A stretch of 64,000 nt of DNA, taken from positions 13,292 through 77,291 of the forward strand of contig CAMMTJ010000002.1 in assembly GCA_946499835.1 (NCBI GenBank). The letters run 5' to 3'. The notes beneath the pieces were generated by a model. The model had not been told where the DNA came from, ran no database searches, and saw only the letters and a list, made by a program, of their open reading frames with translations. Source of the DNA: an uncultured Bacillota bacterium. Its GTDB lineage: Bacteria; Bacillota; Clostridia; Christensenellales; UBA1242. Position 1 is the first letter of the stretch. Each line of letters opens with the position of its first letter. This document shows, piece after piece, positions 8,894-18,421 of this stretch. The translations under genes and the position numbers were made by a program.

Positions 8894-10867
8894 GTGAAAG
8901 ACAAAGAAGAGCATGAATTTGATCTTCAATCAAAATACAAGCCAGCAGGCGATCAGCCACAGGCTATTGAAAAACTGGTAGAAGGTCTTGAAGATGGGTT
9001 GAAAGAACAAGTGCTTCTTGGCGTAACAGGTTCAGGCAAAACTTTCACGATGGCAAACATAATCCAAAGAGCAAAAAAGCCAACGCTTGTCATTGCACAT
9101 AACAAGACTTTGGCGGCACAACTTTGCAATGAGTTTCGTGAGTTCTTTCCGCATAACAGGGTGGAATATTTTGTTTCATATTATGACTATTATCAGCCAG
9201 AGGCGTATATTGTTTCAACTGACACTTACATAGAAAAAGACATGGCAATAAATGACGAGATTGACAAGTTGCGTTCCAGTGCGACCTCTTCAATTTTGGA
9301 AAGAGATGATGTCATCATTGTTGCATCGGTGTCTTGTATTTATGGTCTTGGCAATCCAGACGAATATTACAACTTACACATCTCTCTTCGTGAAGGCGAA
9401 ATTGTGGACAGAGATGAAGTTATCGCAAGGCTTATTGAAATTCAATATACAAGAAATGATATCGACTTCAAGCGTTCTACCTTTCGAGTGAAAGGTGACA
9501 TTCTTGATATCTTCCCTGCCAGCCAATCTGAAATGGCTGTGCGAGTGCAGTTTTTTGGTGACGAAATTGAAAAGATTTATGAGTTTGATCCAGTGTCTGG
9601 CAATTTGATAAATGAAGTGAGCGTTGTTGCCATTTATCCTGCCACACATTATGCGGTTGGACAAGGCAGGCTTCAAACGGCGCTTGCACAGATTGAACAA
9701 GATCGCGAGAAGGCGATTGCTGATTTTACTGCACAAGGAAAACTTATTGAAGCAGAGAGAATTGGTCAGCGTGTGGCTTATGATATAGAAATGATGAGAG
9801 AGGTTGGCTATTGCAGTGGTATTGAAAATTATTCCAGATATTTTGACGGAAGAAAACCGGGTGAGGCACCTTATACCCTCATAGACTATTTTCCAAAAGG
9901 CTTTTTGACAATCATTGATGAAAGCCACATGACCCTTCCACAAATCCGTGCTATGTATAACGGGGACAAAGCCAGAAAACAATCGCTTGTTGAATATGGT
10001 TTCCGCTTGGAGGCTGCAAAAGATAATAGACCGCTGACATTTGATGAGTTTAATTCAAAACTGGGGCAAGTCATTTATGTTTCTGCAACACCTGGAAAGT
10101 ATGAAACTGGCAGAGCAGGTCAAATTGTAAATCAAGTGATAAGACCAACAGGACTCCTTGATCCAATGATTGAGGTTAAGCCTATCAAAAACCAGATAGA
10201 AGTCTTGATGGAAGAGGCGAGAGGCGTTATTGAGAGAAATGGCAGAATACTGGTGACGACTCTGACAAAGAAAATGGCAGAGAGTTTGACCACATACTTG
10301 CAAGAGCGCAATTTCAAAACAAAATATATGCACTCTGAAATTGACACAATGGAAAGAGTGGAGATTGTCAACGGGCTTAGAAGCGGAGAATTTGACATTT
10401 TGGTTGGGATCAACCTTTTGAGAGAAGGTCTTGATATGCCAGAGGTGGAACTCGTTTGCATACTCGATGCAGATAAGGAAGGCTTTTTGAGAAGTGAAGG
10501 TGCATTGATTCAAACAATTGGAAGGGCAGCACGAAATGCAAATGGCAGGGTGATAATGTTTGCTGACACCATGACTGATTCTATGAAAAGAGCGATAGAC
10601 ACCACACTTGAAAGAAGAAAACTGCAAGAGAAATTCAACAAAGATCATGGCATAGTGCCGAAGACAATTATCAAACCAATCAGCAATACGCTTGAAATCA
10701 GCAAGAAGGTTGATGACAAGAAGATAAGAAAAGAAGACCTACCAAAAGAGATAGAAAAACTCACTGCGATGATGAAAATTGCATCATCAAGCCTTGATTT
10801 TGAAAGAGCCATTGAACTTCGAAATCAAATTCAACTTTTGCGTAAGCGCCTAAACAGCAAAAAGTAG
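8894..10867 (+). CDS. uvrB: Excinuclease ABC subunit B
   Basis: GTG start after AAGGAGGAG. Motifs: '[10 protein letters not shown]', Walker A '[10 protein letters not shown]', 'DESH', helicase motifs and a C-terminal UVR domain ('[17 protein letters not shown]'). Confidence 0.95.
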   Translation: MKDKEEHEFDLQSKYKPAGDQPQAIEKLVEGLEDGLKEQVLLGVTGSGKTFTMANIIQRAKKPTLVIAHNKTLAAQLCNEFREFFPHNRVEYFVSYYDYYQPEAYIVSTDTYIEKDMAINDEIDKLRSSATSSILERDDVIIVASVSCIYGLGNPDEYYNLHISLREGEIVDRDEVIARLIEIQYTRNDIDFKRSTFRVKGDILDIFPASQSEMAVRVQFFGDEIEKIYEFDPVSGNLINEVSVVAIYPATHYAVGQGRLQTALAQIEQDREKAIADFTAQGKLIEAERIGQRVAYDIEMMREVGYCSGIENYSRYFDGRKPGEAPYTLIDYFPKGFLTIIDESHMTLPQIRAMYNGDKARKQSLVEYGFRLEAAKDNRPLTFDEFNSKLGQVIYVSATPGKYETGRAGQIVNQVIRPTGLLDPMIEVKPIKNQIEVLMEEARGVIERNGRILVTTLTKKMAESLTTYLQERNFKTKYMHSEIDTMERVEIVNGLRSGEFDILVGINLLREGLDMPEVELVCILDADKEGFLRSEGALIQTIGRAARNANGRVIMFADTMTDSMKRAIDTTLERRKLQEKFNKDHGIVPKTIIKPISNTLEISKKVDDKKIRKEDLPKEIEKLTAMMKIASSSLDFERAIELRNQIQLLRKRLNSKK

Positions 10868-10889
10868 GAGCCAAGTCAGAGTTTTGTTA

Positions 10890-10918
10890 TTGACAGCAAG
10901 GTCAAAAAGTGATAAACT
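10890..10918 (+). promoter_or_regulatory. Promoter, TTGACA-17-TAAACT with upstream TG
   Basis: TTGACA at 10890-10895, a 17-nt spacer ending in GTGA, TAAACT at 10913-10918. It lies upstream of the ATG at 10942. Confidence 0.5.
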
Positions 10919-10941
10919 ATTCTTATAACAAAGGGGGAAAT

Positions 10942-12414
10942 ATGAGGAAAAAAATCATATGTGCGACCATATCAGGCATTTTGTTTGTCGCTTGCGTAGT
11001 GATTCTTATCTTGGTGCTTTGTGGCGTGATTGGCGATCGTGACAGTTTTAGAGCGACAAGGATTCAAGTGGACACTCAAAATGCACAGACACAGTTTTAT
11101 GAAGGAGAAAATTTCAACAGCAATGGTTTGGTGGTTACCGCAATCAATGTTGAAGGAGAAGAAAAGGTAGTTGAAAATTATTCAGTAAATAGTTCTGCTT
11201 TCAATAGCGGTGAAACTGGAACTTATACAATAAATGTCTATTATCAAGATGTTTATACCACATATGAGGTGGATGTTGTCAGTGCAGAAGAGTTTTTGAT
11301 TGGTCTTTTAAGTAGCGAGGAAACAAAAAACTTTGCACAGAGCGTTAATTCAATTTCAATCGACCAAGGCCAGGTCAACGCAACTTACAGAGTGCTTGAT
11401 GATCAGTTTTATATTTACAACGGTATCAATATTGAGCAATGGGGACGTGATGGTTATCTCTATTCTTATAGCAATATTTTCGACAGCGAAGTGTATAGCG
11501 TTGAACCTTTCAATGAATCAAACTTTTTGAAAGGTATCGCAGGGGACAGTTTTGAAGTCCAAGAAGGATGGACTTATGCGCAAAACCTTGCTTATGCCTT
11601 CTCTCTTGAACCAATTGCTCAGTTGCAAGCAAATGAAGTGCGATTCGACAGCGTGACCGTTATTGGCAACGACTATATTATTTGGGGCAGACAGACAGTA
11701 GAAACAAGTGAGCATCCTTATTCTGTCAGAGTGGATGCAAGAAATCACTATGTCAAAGAATGGATCAGATACAGCGATGATCAACAAGATGTTGTTGCAA
11801 GATGGACATATTACTATAACACAAGCGTGTCAATTCCACTTATGCCAGAAGATGCTGTTTGGCAGGCAAATGTTGGCACAAGCATTGACGAAATCAAAAA
11901 CTTCCTTTTGACTGAAAAGACAAGAAGTTTTGCACAAAGCATAATTTCAGTTAGATTGCAGTCGGCAGGAGAAGACTATAAAGTCTTTACAAACAATGGC
12001 GTATATTCACTCATCACTCGCGATGGTGGTGGAAAAAAAGAAGTGTGGCAAACTGCAACAGAAAAAGTTGTCAAAGACACAACAGCAGATGGAACAGAAA
12101 CTGTCACAAGGGTCTCATCATCATATGAGACAGAACTTTCTGCGACAGAGGGATTTGTATATAACAGTGACTGGACAGTTGCACAAAATTATTATTACAA
12201 CCTTTTCTTCAAATTTTTCCAAGCGACAGGAGATGTTCAAGAGTTTGCAGTTTCACAAGAAGGAAATCTTTTGACAATACAAGGTGGGACTGAAATGCTT
12301 GTTATTGATTTAAGCAACAACAAAATTGTGAACTCAACAGAGAGCATATATGAGGGGACGGCTACGTTCACACTTGAGTATAACGGGCAAACAGATATGC
12401 CTCAAATGCCTTAA
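10942..12414 (+). CDS. N-terminally anchored extracellular protein with an Ig-like domain and an internally duplicated module
   Basis: The ATG at 10942 follows AAGGGGGA. TM span ICATISGILFVACVVILILVLCGVI. The segment 'FYEGENFNSNGLVVTAINVEGEEKVVENYSVNSSAFNSGETGTYTINVYYQDVYTTYEVDV' looks like a bacterial Ig-like domain. Two related ~170-aa modules follow. Confidence 0.6.
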   Translation: MRKKIICATISGILFVACVVILILVLCGVIGDRDSFRATRIQVDTQNAQTQFYEGENFNSNGLVVTAINVEGEEKVVENYSVNSSAFNSGETGTYTINVYYQDVYTTYEVDVVSAEEFLIGLLSSEETKNFAQSVNSISIDQGQVNATYRVLDDQFYIYNGINIEQWGRDGYLYSYSNIFDSEVYSVEPFNESNFLKGIAGDSFEVQEGWTYAQNLAYAFSLEPIAQLQANEVRFDSVTVIGNDYIIWGRQTVETSEHPYSVRVDARNHYVKEWIRYSDDQQDVVARWTYYYNTSVSIPLMPEDAVWQANVGTSIDEIKNFLLTEKTRSFAQSIISVRLQSAGEDYKVFTNNGVYSLITRDGGGKKEVWQTATEKVVKDTTADGTETVTRVSSSYETELSATEGFVYNSDWTVAQNYYYNLFFKFFQATGDVQEFAVSQEGNLLTIQGGTEMLVIDLSNNKIVNSTESIYEGTATFTLEYNGQTDMPQMP

Positions 12415-12430
12415 ACAAAATCACAAAACA

Positions 12431-12460
12431 AAGAATGCAAAACTGCATTCTTTTTCTTTA
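12431..12460 (+). terminator. Intrinsic terminator
   Basis: 9-bp stem AAGAATGCA (12431-12439) / TGCATTCTT (12444-12452), loop AAAC, followed by a T-rich run. Confidence 0.75.
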
Positions 12461-12486
12461 TATTTTTTTGTAACAAATGTGCAAAG

Positions 12487-12497
12487 TGTGGTATAAT
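12487..12497 (+). promoter_or_regulatory. Extended -10 promoter element TGTGGTATAAT
   Basis: TRTGnTATAAT-type element. The TATAAT at 12492-12497 ends 6 nt before the uvrA ATG. Confidence 0.6.
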
Positions 12498-12503
12498 AAT
12501 CTT

Positions 12504-15341
12504 ATGAAAAATTCAATAAAAATACGTGGAGCAAAAGAAAACAACTTAAAAAATATAGACCTTGAATTACCAAAAGACAAACTTGTTGTTTTTACCGGAG
12601 TCTCAGGAAGCGGAAAGTCAAGTTTGGCGTTTGGGACAATTTTTGCAGAGGGACAGAGAAGATATATTGAAAGCCTCTCTTCTTATGCACGCCAATTTTT
12701 GGGACAAGCACAAAAGCCAGATGTAGAGTCTATTGAAGGGCTTTCGCCAGCAATTTCTATTGACCAAAAGACAACAAACCACAATCCAAGATCAACAGTC
12801 GGGACAGTCACTGAAATTTATGACTATCTCAGGCTTTTGTATGCCAGAGTGGGCACGCCATATTGTCCACATTGCCACAAAGCGATCAAACAGCAAAGTA
12901 TTGACCAAATCGTTGACGCTGTTTTTGCACTTGGCGAGGGGACAAAATTGACAGTCCTTGCACCAATTGTCAGAGAGCAAAAGGGCGCTTTTGCAAAAAC
13001 TTTTGAGAACTTGAAAAAAAGCGGTTATGTGCGTGTTTGGGTTGACGGCAACATTTGGACGCTTGATGAAGAAATCGTGCTAGACAAAAACCTTAAACAC
13101 AACATACGAGTGGTGATAGACCGAATTGTGCTAAAAGAAAGTGCAAGATCAAGACTTAATGACAGTTTGGAAACTGCAATAAAATTGGCGGAGGGGCTTG
13201 TCATTGTCGAACATGACGAAAAGGAAGACCTTTTCAGCACAAATTATGCTTGTCCAACTTGCGGATGGACACTTGAAGAAATCACGCCAAGGCTCTTTTC
13301 ATTCAATGCACCTTTTGGTGCTTGTCCCAACTGCTCAGGACTTGGAGAAACAACAGATGTTGATGAAAGTTTGATTTTGAGAAATGGTGACTTATCTATT
13401 GAAGAGGGGGCACTTGATCATACTGGTTGGCGCTTTGATGGTGCAATGGCAGGAAGGTATTTCAGGGCACTTTCAAGAAAATATGGTATTCCACTTGACA
13501 AACCAATCAAAAAACTCAAAAGAAAGGAAATTGAAATTCTGTTGTATGGCAATGAAGGGGAAGAACTTGACCTTTTTGAAGATGACAAGAAAAACAAAAC
13601 CTTTGAACATTTCAACGGGAAAAAAGCACTTTCTTTTGAAGGGATAATCAACAATCTTAAAAGAAGACTTGCAGAAAGCAAAAGTGAATTTATTCGCTAT
13701 GAAATTTCAAAGTTTGTCAGAGAACAAACTTGTCCTGTCTGCAATGGAAAGAGACTCAATGAAAGCGCTCTTGCAGTGAAAATAAATGGAAAAGACATCG
13801 CTCAGGTTTGTGATATGAGTGTGGGCGAACTTGTGCCATACTTCCAAAATCTTAAACTGACAAAAACTGAAAATGAAATTGCACACAGCATACTCAAAGA
13901 AATAAATTCAAGATTAAAGTTTTTGCTCGATGTTGGACTTGACTATTTGACGCTTTCACGTTCAGCAGAAACTTTGTCTGGCGGTGAAGCACAACGCATT
14001 CGTCTTGCCACACAGATAGGCAGTGGACTTTCAGGCGTTTTGTATATTCTTGATGAGCCAAGCATTGGACTTCATCAAAGAGATAATGAAAGACTTATCA
14101 AAACCATGCAAAACCTTCGTGATCTTGGCAACACTTTGATTGTTGTTGAGCATGATGAGGACACCATAAGAGCAGCCGATTGGATTGTTGATGTAGGCCC
14201 TTACGCAGGTGTGCATGGCGGAGAAATTGTTGCAAATGGCACTTTTGACAAAATCATAAAAGCAAAAGACTCTGTCACTGCAAAATTTTTGCGTGGTGAA
14301 GAAAAAATTGAAGTGCCTTCTGTTAGACGCAAGGCAAAGAAATTTTTGAAAGTTTACGGGGCAGGAGAGCATAACCTAAAAGATATTGATGTGAATATTC
14401 CGCTTGGAGTTTTCACTTGTGTGACAGGTGTTTCTGGCAGTGGCAAGTCAAGTCTTGTCAATGAAATTCTTTATCCTTATCTTGCCAACACACTCAATGG
14501 CGCAAGATTGGAAAATGGCAAGTTTGACAAAATTGAAAACGTCAAAGAACTTGACAAAGTTATTGCAATCGACCAGTCTCCAATTGGAAGAACGCCACGT
14601 TCAAACCCAGCAACTTACTGCAATATCTTCACGCCTATTCGAGAACTTTTTGCCAGCATCCCAGACGCAAAGATGAGAGGATATACTCCAAGCAGATTTA
14701 GTTTCAATGTGTCAGGCGGTAGGTGTGAAATCTGCGAAGGCGCAGGCGTCAAAGAGATTGAGATGTATTTCTTGCCAGACATTCTTGTGCCTTGTGAGGT
14801 GTGCAAAGGCAAGAGATACAATCGTGAAACACTGGAAGTTAAGTATAAAGGCAAAACAATCAGTGATGTGCTTGATATGACTGTGGAAGAGGCTCTTAAA
14901 TTCTTTGAAAACATACCTGCAATAAAAAACAAAATTCAAGCGTTGCATGATGTTGGACTTGACTATATCAAACTTGGTCAAAGTGCAACAACGCTTTCAG
15001 GCGGTGAGGCACAGCGTGTCAAACTGGCGAGCGAACTTGCACGAAAATCAACAGGAAAAACGATATATCTGCTTGACGAACCAACGACAGGACTGCATAT
15101 GTATGATGTCAAAAAATTGATAAAGATTTTGGACAGACTTGTTGAAAACGGCAACACTGTTGTTGTGATTGAACACAACCTTGATGTAATCAAATCTGCT
15201 GACTATATCATTGATCTTGGTCCAGAAGGGGGATTCCGAGGTGGAACAATAGTTGCCGAAGGCACACCTGAGGAAATTGCACAGTGCGAACAATCATACA
15301 CTGGCAAATTTCTCAAACCAATGCTGGAAAACAAGAACTAG
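12504..15341 (+). CDS. uvrA: Excinuclease ABC subunit A
   Basis: '[39 protein letters not shown]', two ABC modules (second Walker A '[11 protein letters not shown]'; two 'LSGGEAQR' signatures) and zinc-finger CxxC pairs. Start set at the ATG at 12504, which gives the canonical UvrA N-terminus, rather than at 12477. Confidence 0.95.
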   Translation: MKNSIKIRGAKENNLKNIDLELPKDKLVVFTGVSGSGKSSLAFGTIFAEGQRRYIESLSSYARQFLGQAQKPDVESIEGLSPAISIDQKTTNHNPRSTVGTVTEIYDYLRLLYARVGTPYCPHCHKAIKQQSIDQIVDAVFALGEGTKLTVLAPIVREQKGAFAKTFENLKKSGYVRVWVDGNIWTLDEEIVLDKNLKHNIRVVIDRIVLKESARSRLNDSLETAIKLAEGLVIVEHDEKEDLFSTNYACPTCGWTLEEITPRLFSFNAPFGACPNCSGLGETTDVDESLILRNGDLSIEEGALDHTGWRFDGAMAGRYFRALSRKYGIPLDKPIKKLKRKEIEILLYGNEGEELDLFEDDKKNKTFEHFNGKKALSFEGIINNLKRRLAESKSEFIRYEISKFVREQTCPVCNGKRLNESALAVKINGKDIAQVCDMSVGELVPYFQNLKLTKTENEIAHSILKEINSRLKFLLDVGLDYLTLSRSAETLSGGEAQRIRLATQIGSGLSGVLYILDEPSIGLHQRDNERLIKTMQNLRDLGNTLIVVEHDEDTIRAADWIVDVGPYAGVHGGEIVANGTFDKIIKAKDSVTAKFLRGEEKIEVPSVRRKAKKFLKVYGAGEHNLKDIDVNIPLGVFTCVTGVSGSGKSSLVNEILYPYLANTLNGARLENGKFDKIENVKELDKVIAIDQSPIGRTPRSNPATYCNIFTPIRELFASIPDAKMRGYTPSRFSFNVSGGRCEICEGAGVKEIEMYFLPDILVPCEVCKGKRYNRETLEVKYKGKTISDVLDMTVEEALKFFENIPAIKNKIQALHDVGLDYIKLGQSATTLSGGEAQRVKLASELARKSTGKTIYLLDEPTTGLHMYDVKKLIKILDRLVENGNTVVVIEHNLDVIKSADYIIDLGPEGGFRGGTIVAEGTPEEIAQCEQSYTGKFLKPMLENKN

Positions 15342-15380
15342 ATTTTTGATAAGAATATCAAACCAACTTAAATCCATACA

Positions 15381-15410
15381 AAAAAAAGAGGCGATCGCCT
15401 CTTTTTTATT
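15381..15410. terminator. Bidirectional intrinsic terminator between convergent genes
   Basis: Palindrome AGAGGCGATCGCCTCT (15387-15402) flanked by an A-run on one side and a T-run on the other. Confidence 0.8.
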
Positions 15411-15430
15411 TTGTATGATCTATTTATGCA

Positions 15431-17389
15431 CTATTCAAGTGATTTGCCATAATCATCCAACATCTGTGGGATTATTTCCTCTCTCAAAGATTTTTTAACA
15501 TCTTTTTTATCTTCATTAGTAGTTATAGTGCGTGCTGCAACATCGCTGCAATAATGCATGCCGACATGCACAGAAAGTTGATTGGTGATGTTCGTTGCCT
15601 TTATACTTGAATCAAGGTTGTTAGGGTCAATATTGCTTTTGTAAAATTCAATATTTGCGAAAAGATCGTTAAGTTTTTGGGCTTTCTCGTGGTCACCTTC
15701 CTTTGTCGCTTTTTTTGACATTCTTTTTATTTCAGTTTTCAACCAGCCAAGAGCCATCTTGTAAGGATCTTGTGGTTTTTTTAGTCTTGGTTTCGCATTA
15801 ACAGCAGCATCAGAAATTCTGTTCTCAGCCGTTAAACGTTCAATTTCTTCATCCTTTTCAGTATTTTTTCTGTGTAGAACTCTTTTTTCATTTATTATGA
15901 CATCTTTGTCATAAGCCAATTTGTTTTTTTCAGCTGTTAAACGTTTAATTTCTTCATCTTTTTTAGCATTTTCTTTTTCTAAAGCATCTTTCTTAGTTGA
16001 CAACTCATTTCTTTCAGCTGTTAAACGTTTAATTTTTTCATCTTTTTCAGCATTTTCTTTTTCTAAAGATTTTTTCTTAGTTGAGTAGTATGTTTTTTCA
16101 ACTGTTAAACGTTTGATTTTAAGTTCGTCAGATTCTGCGCTAAAAATATCAGAGATTCCAGCAATTGCACTGATTTCAGGATCAGTTGTGCAAAGTTTTT
16201 GCATTTTTTCAAGAATTGCAACTTTTTCTTGGTCTGTCATTGAAGCATTGAGTTCTGTTGCAGGCAAAACAAGTGTTGCAACAAGTTTGTCAAAATCTTC
16301 TTTTTTGCTTGGGTCAACACCTTTTTCGATTGTTGAAAGCAGATTAAGGGTTGTAAGCAAGATTGTTTGAGCATCAACTTTGTTCAATTCTTCAAGTTTG
16401 ATTTGGTTTGTTTTATATTCCTTTCCAGTAAGAGATGCCCCAACTTTATTTATCAATGAATAAGCATATGCATCATGTGAAGGATGTGCTTTCAAATTGT
16501 TAAGCATTTCTTGAATTGACATGTCAATTAATCGCATATCATGAAAATAATTTGTGATTCTTCCATTGTCGTTAAATGCAATGAATGTGTTTGCAGCGTC
16601 CTTTGTAAAACTATAATTCCATTCAGAAGGTGTGGTACTGCTCGAATGTGTTTGGTCATAAATATTCAATGCTGAAAAGTATTTTTTCACATTTTCTTCT
16701 GGGAGTCCGCATTTTCTTAAAGCAGAACGAGTTAGTTCACAAATTTCATCAAAAATTTCAGAAGAGTGTTTTTTAGTTTCCTCAGGCAAAGTTGCGTAAA
16801 GGGCAGATGCCAAAAATTTGTCAATTTCATTTGCTTGTTTTATAAGGTTTTCTGAACCTAAAGATGCGCATTTTGCAACCAAAGCGGTTGTCATAATTCC
16901 AGTAAAAATCTTCCTTGAGTTGTCTATTTCATCATAGTCTTCTGGCATTATCTTTTGAGAAATTGTATAAATCATCTCTCCGAGTTTTACAGGAGATTTT
17001 TTTGGCACATCGCCTGTGATTTTCGTGTAAAGTTCTGAGTAATCATTTTTATCATCGACGCTTTTATATAATTCTCTATTAAATGATAGAAAATCTTCTT
17101 TTGCATATTTCTCTTTTTTCTTCTTTCCATCATTAAGTCCCATAAAAATCTCGTAGCTTTTTGCATCATATTGCTCTGGCATAAACAGTGATCTAAATTC
17201 GTCCAAAATTTTGCTATATAGAGTGTTTGGATAGTCGAACATCAAAAAAGCAGTAGGATATTGTGTCCCTTCATCAAAAAGATGTGAATTTATGCCGAGT
17301 GGATAAATAAGATCTTTATCAATCACATCACGAACATCTTTTTTTGATACAACTGCTTTCAAAAAGTCTGAAACCAATGATTTTGCCAT
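15431..17389 (-). CDS. Hypothetical 652-aa protein with a central coiled-coil tandem repeat
   Basis: Long ORF with an AAGGAGGG SD. The central region repeats '(K/E)KENA.KDE.I(K/E)RLTAE.N.L'. No enzymatic motif recognised. Confidence 0.7.
   Translation of the reverse strand: MAKSLVSDFLKAVVSKKDVRDVIDKDLIYPLGINSHLFDEGTQYPTAFLMFDYPNTLYSKILDEFRSLFMPEQYDAKSYEIFMGLNDGKKKKEKYAKEDFLSFNRELYKSVDDKNDYSELYTKITGDVPKKSPVKLGEMIYTISQKIMPEDYDEIDNSRKIFTGIMTTALVAKCASLGSENLIKQANEIDKFLASALYATLPEETKKHSSEIFDEICELTRSALRKCGLPEENVKKYFSALNIYDQTHSSSTTPSEWNYSFTKDAANTFIAFNDNGRITNYFHDMRLIDMSIQEMLNNLKAHPSHDAYAYSLINKVGASLTGKEYKTNQIKLEELNKVDAQTILLTTLNLLSTIEKGVDPSKKEDFDKLVATLVLPATELNASMTDQEKVAILEKMQKLCTTDPEISAIAGISDIFSAESDELKIKRLTVEKTYYSTKKKSLEKENAEKDEKIKRLTAERNELSTKKDALEKENAKKDEEIKRLTAEKNKLAYDKDVIINEKRVLHRKNTEKDEEIERLTAENRISDAAVNAKPRLKKPQDPYKMALGWLKTEIKRMSKKATKEGDHEKAQKLNDLFANIEFYKSNIDPNNLDSSIKATNITNQLSVHVGMHYCSDVAARTITTNEDKKDVKKSLREEIIPQMLDDYGKSLE
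15826..16125 (-). repeat. In-frame tandem DNA repeat (84-bp period, one 105-bp unit) inside the coiled-coil gene
   Basis: The plus-strand motif CAGCTGTTAAACGTTTAATTTCTTCATC and close variants start at 15826, 15931, 16015 and 16099. Confidence 0.8.
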
Positions 17390-17416
17390 AAGAATTCCCT
17401 CCTTATTTTCTGATAT

Positions 17417-17445
17417 ATTATATCACATATTTTATGACAATTCAA
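17417..17445 (-). promoter_or_regulatory. Promoter, TTGAAT-17-TATAAT with extended TGTGA
   Basis: Minus strand: TTGAAT (17445-17440), a 17-nt spacer, TGTGATATAAT (17427-17417). It lies upstream of the start at 17389. Confidence 0.6.
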
Positions 17446-17559
17446 GGGGTATTTTCAAAAAAGGTGCCATTTTGCATGTCGAATGGCCATTATTTTGCCT
17501 TTTTTAACTTAGATTTGTGTAATAACTCTATTATTTATGCAAAAAAAAGGATGATGACT

Positions 17560-18342
17560 TTATTTAAGTCTAAAAATCACCCCAGGTTTTGTTGTTGCTA
17601 CATCGATCTTAAATCCTTCACCTTCACACAGATCTTTTTTTGCAAGTTGTTTGCAAATTGATGTGTAGGCAAGGGTTGGGCTGTTGTTTTCTTCACTCAA
17701 ATGAGAAAGAATGATCTGTCTGGTGCCAGAGAGCACCAATCTTTCAATGGCGTCAGCAGATGCGATATTTGAAAGGTGTCCGTTTGGCCCATCAATTCGT
17801 CTTTTCAGTGAAAGTGGATATTTTTGGCTTGCCATAAGCATTGACCTGTCATAATTTGCCTCTATGTATGCGATTTGACTTCCGCTTATGCTGGCCAAAA
17901 TTTTGTCATTGATATGTCCAAGATCTGTGACGACAGATATTTTTTTGTTGTCATGTTCAAAAGAGAATCCAAAACACTTGACATCGTGTGGCACTTCTAC
18001 TGGACGGATGTTAAGCCCTTGAAATTCAAAGTCACCTGTGAAAACCTTCCTGTTTTTGTCTTGAACATTTTTTAGGATGTTGTCAAGATTTGCCCAGACC
18101 TCTTGATGTGCAAACACAGGAGTGCCATATTTTTTTGAAAAGACATCTATTCCTTTGATGTGGTCGTTATGCTCGTGAGTAACCATGATTGCATCTATTT
18201 GAGTAGGGGATATGCCAAGAAGAGACAGCCTTTTGACAGTTTCTTGACATGACAAACCATCATCCACAAGAATTTTTGTGTTTTCAGTTTCAAGATATGT
18301 CAAATTTCCTTTGCTTCCAGATGATAGATTTACAATACGCAT
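17560..18342 (-). CDS. MBL-fold metallo-hydrolase (YycJ/WalJ-like)
   Basis: 'MRIVNLSSGSKGNLTYLE' N-terminus and metallo-beta-lactamase 'HEHNDH' motif; 260 aa. Confidence 0.8.
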   Translation of the reverse strand: MRIVNLSSGSKGNLTYLETENTKILVDDGLSCQETVKRLSLLGISPTQIDAIMVTHEHNDHIKGIDVFSKKYGTPVFAHQEVWANLDNILKNVQDKNRKVFTGDFEFQGLNIRPVEVPHDVKCFGFSFEHDNKKISVVTDLGHINDKILASISGSQIAYIEANYDRSMLMASQKYPLSLKRRIDGPNGHLSNIASADAIERLVLSGTRQIILSHLSEENNSPTLAYTSICKQLAKKDLCEGEGFKIDVATTKPGVIFRLK

Positions 18343-18348
18343 AGAAAG

Positions 18349-18359
18349 ATTATATCACA
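18349..18359 (-). promoter_or_regulatory. Extended -10 element TGTGATATAAT
   Basis: Minus strand: TGTGATATAAT (18359-18349), then CTTTCT, then the ATG at 18342. Confidence 0.55.
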
Positions 18360-18394
18360 ATATTCGTTTGAATTAAAGAAAAAGATATAAGATT

Positions 18395-18421
18395 AAAGAA
18401 AAAAAGCGAAATATTTCGCTT
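18395..18421 (-). terminator. Intrinsic terminator after metG
   Basis: Palindrome AGCGAAATATTTCGCT (18405-18420), followed on the minus strand by a T-run. Confidence 0.7.

Noticed and set aside
9374-10648. Antisense ORFs of 197-202 aa inside uvrB (9374-9982 and 10055-10648), and similar ones in other genes (for example 25910-26347, 34469-35047 and 48726-49208).
   Set aside because: They lie fully inside, and opposite to, genes with unambiguous conserved motifs. They have no SD or promoter, and their products are low-complexity, Cys/His/Phe-rich and nonsense-like. This is expected shadow-frame noise.
12471-12482. Possible LexA (Cheo/SOS) box TAACAAATGTGC overlapping the -35 region of uvrA.
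   Set aside because: Only 6 of the 8 core positions of GAAC-N4-GTTC match. No comparable site is seen upstream of the uvrB transcription unit. AT-rich sequence produces such near-matches readily. It would be worth a PWM scan only if a lexA gene exists in the genome.
15826-16125. A regularly spaced 84-bp repeat, considered as a possible CRISPR-like or non-coding array.
   Set aside because: The repeats are contiguous, with no unique spacers. They are in frame within a long ORF and encode a heptad-like coiled-coil repeat. No CRISPR array is present anywhere in the window.
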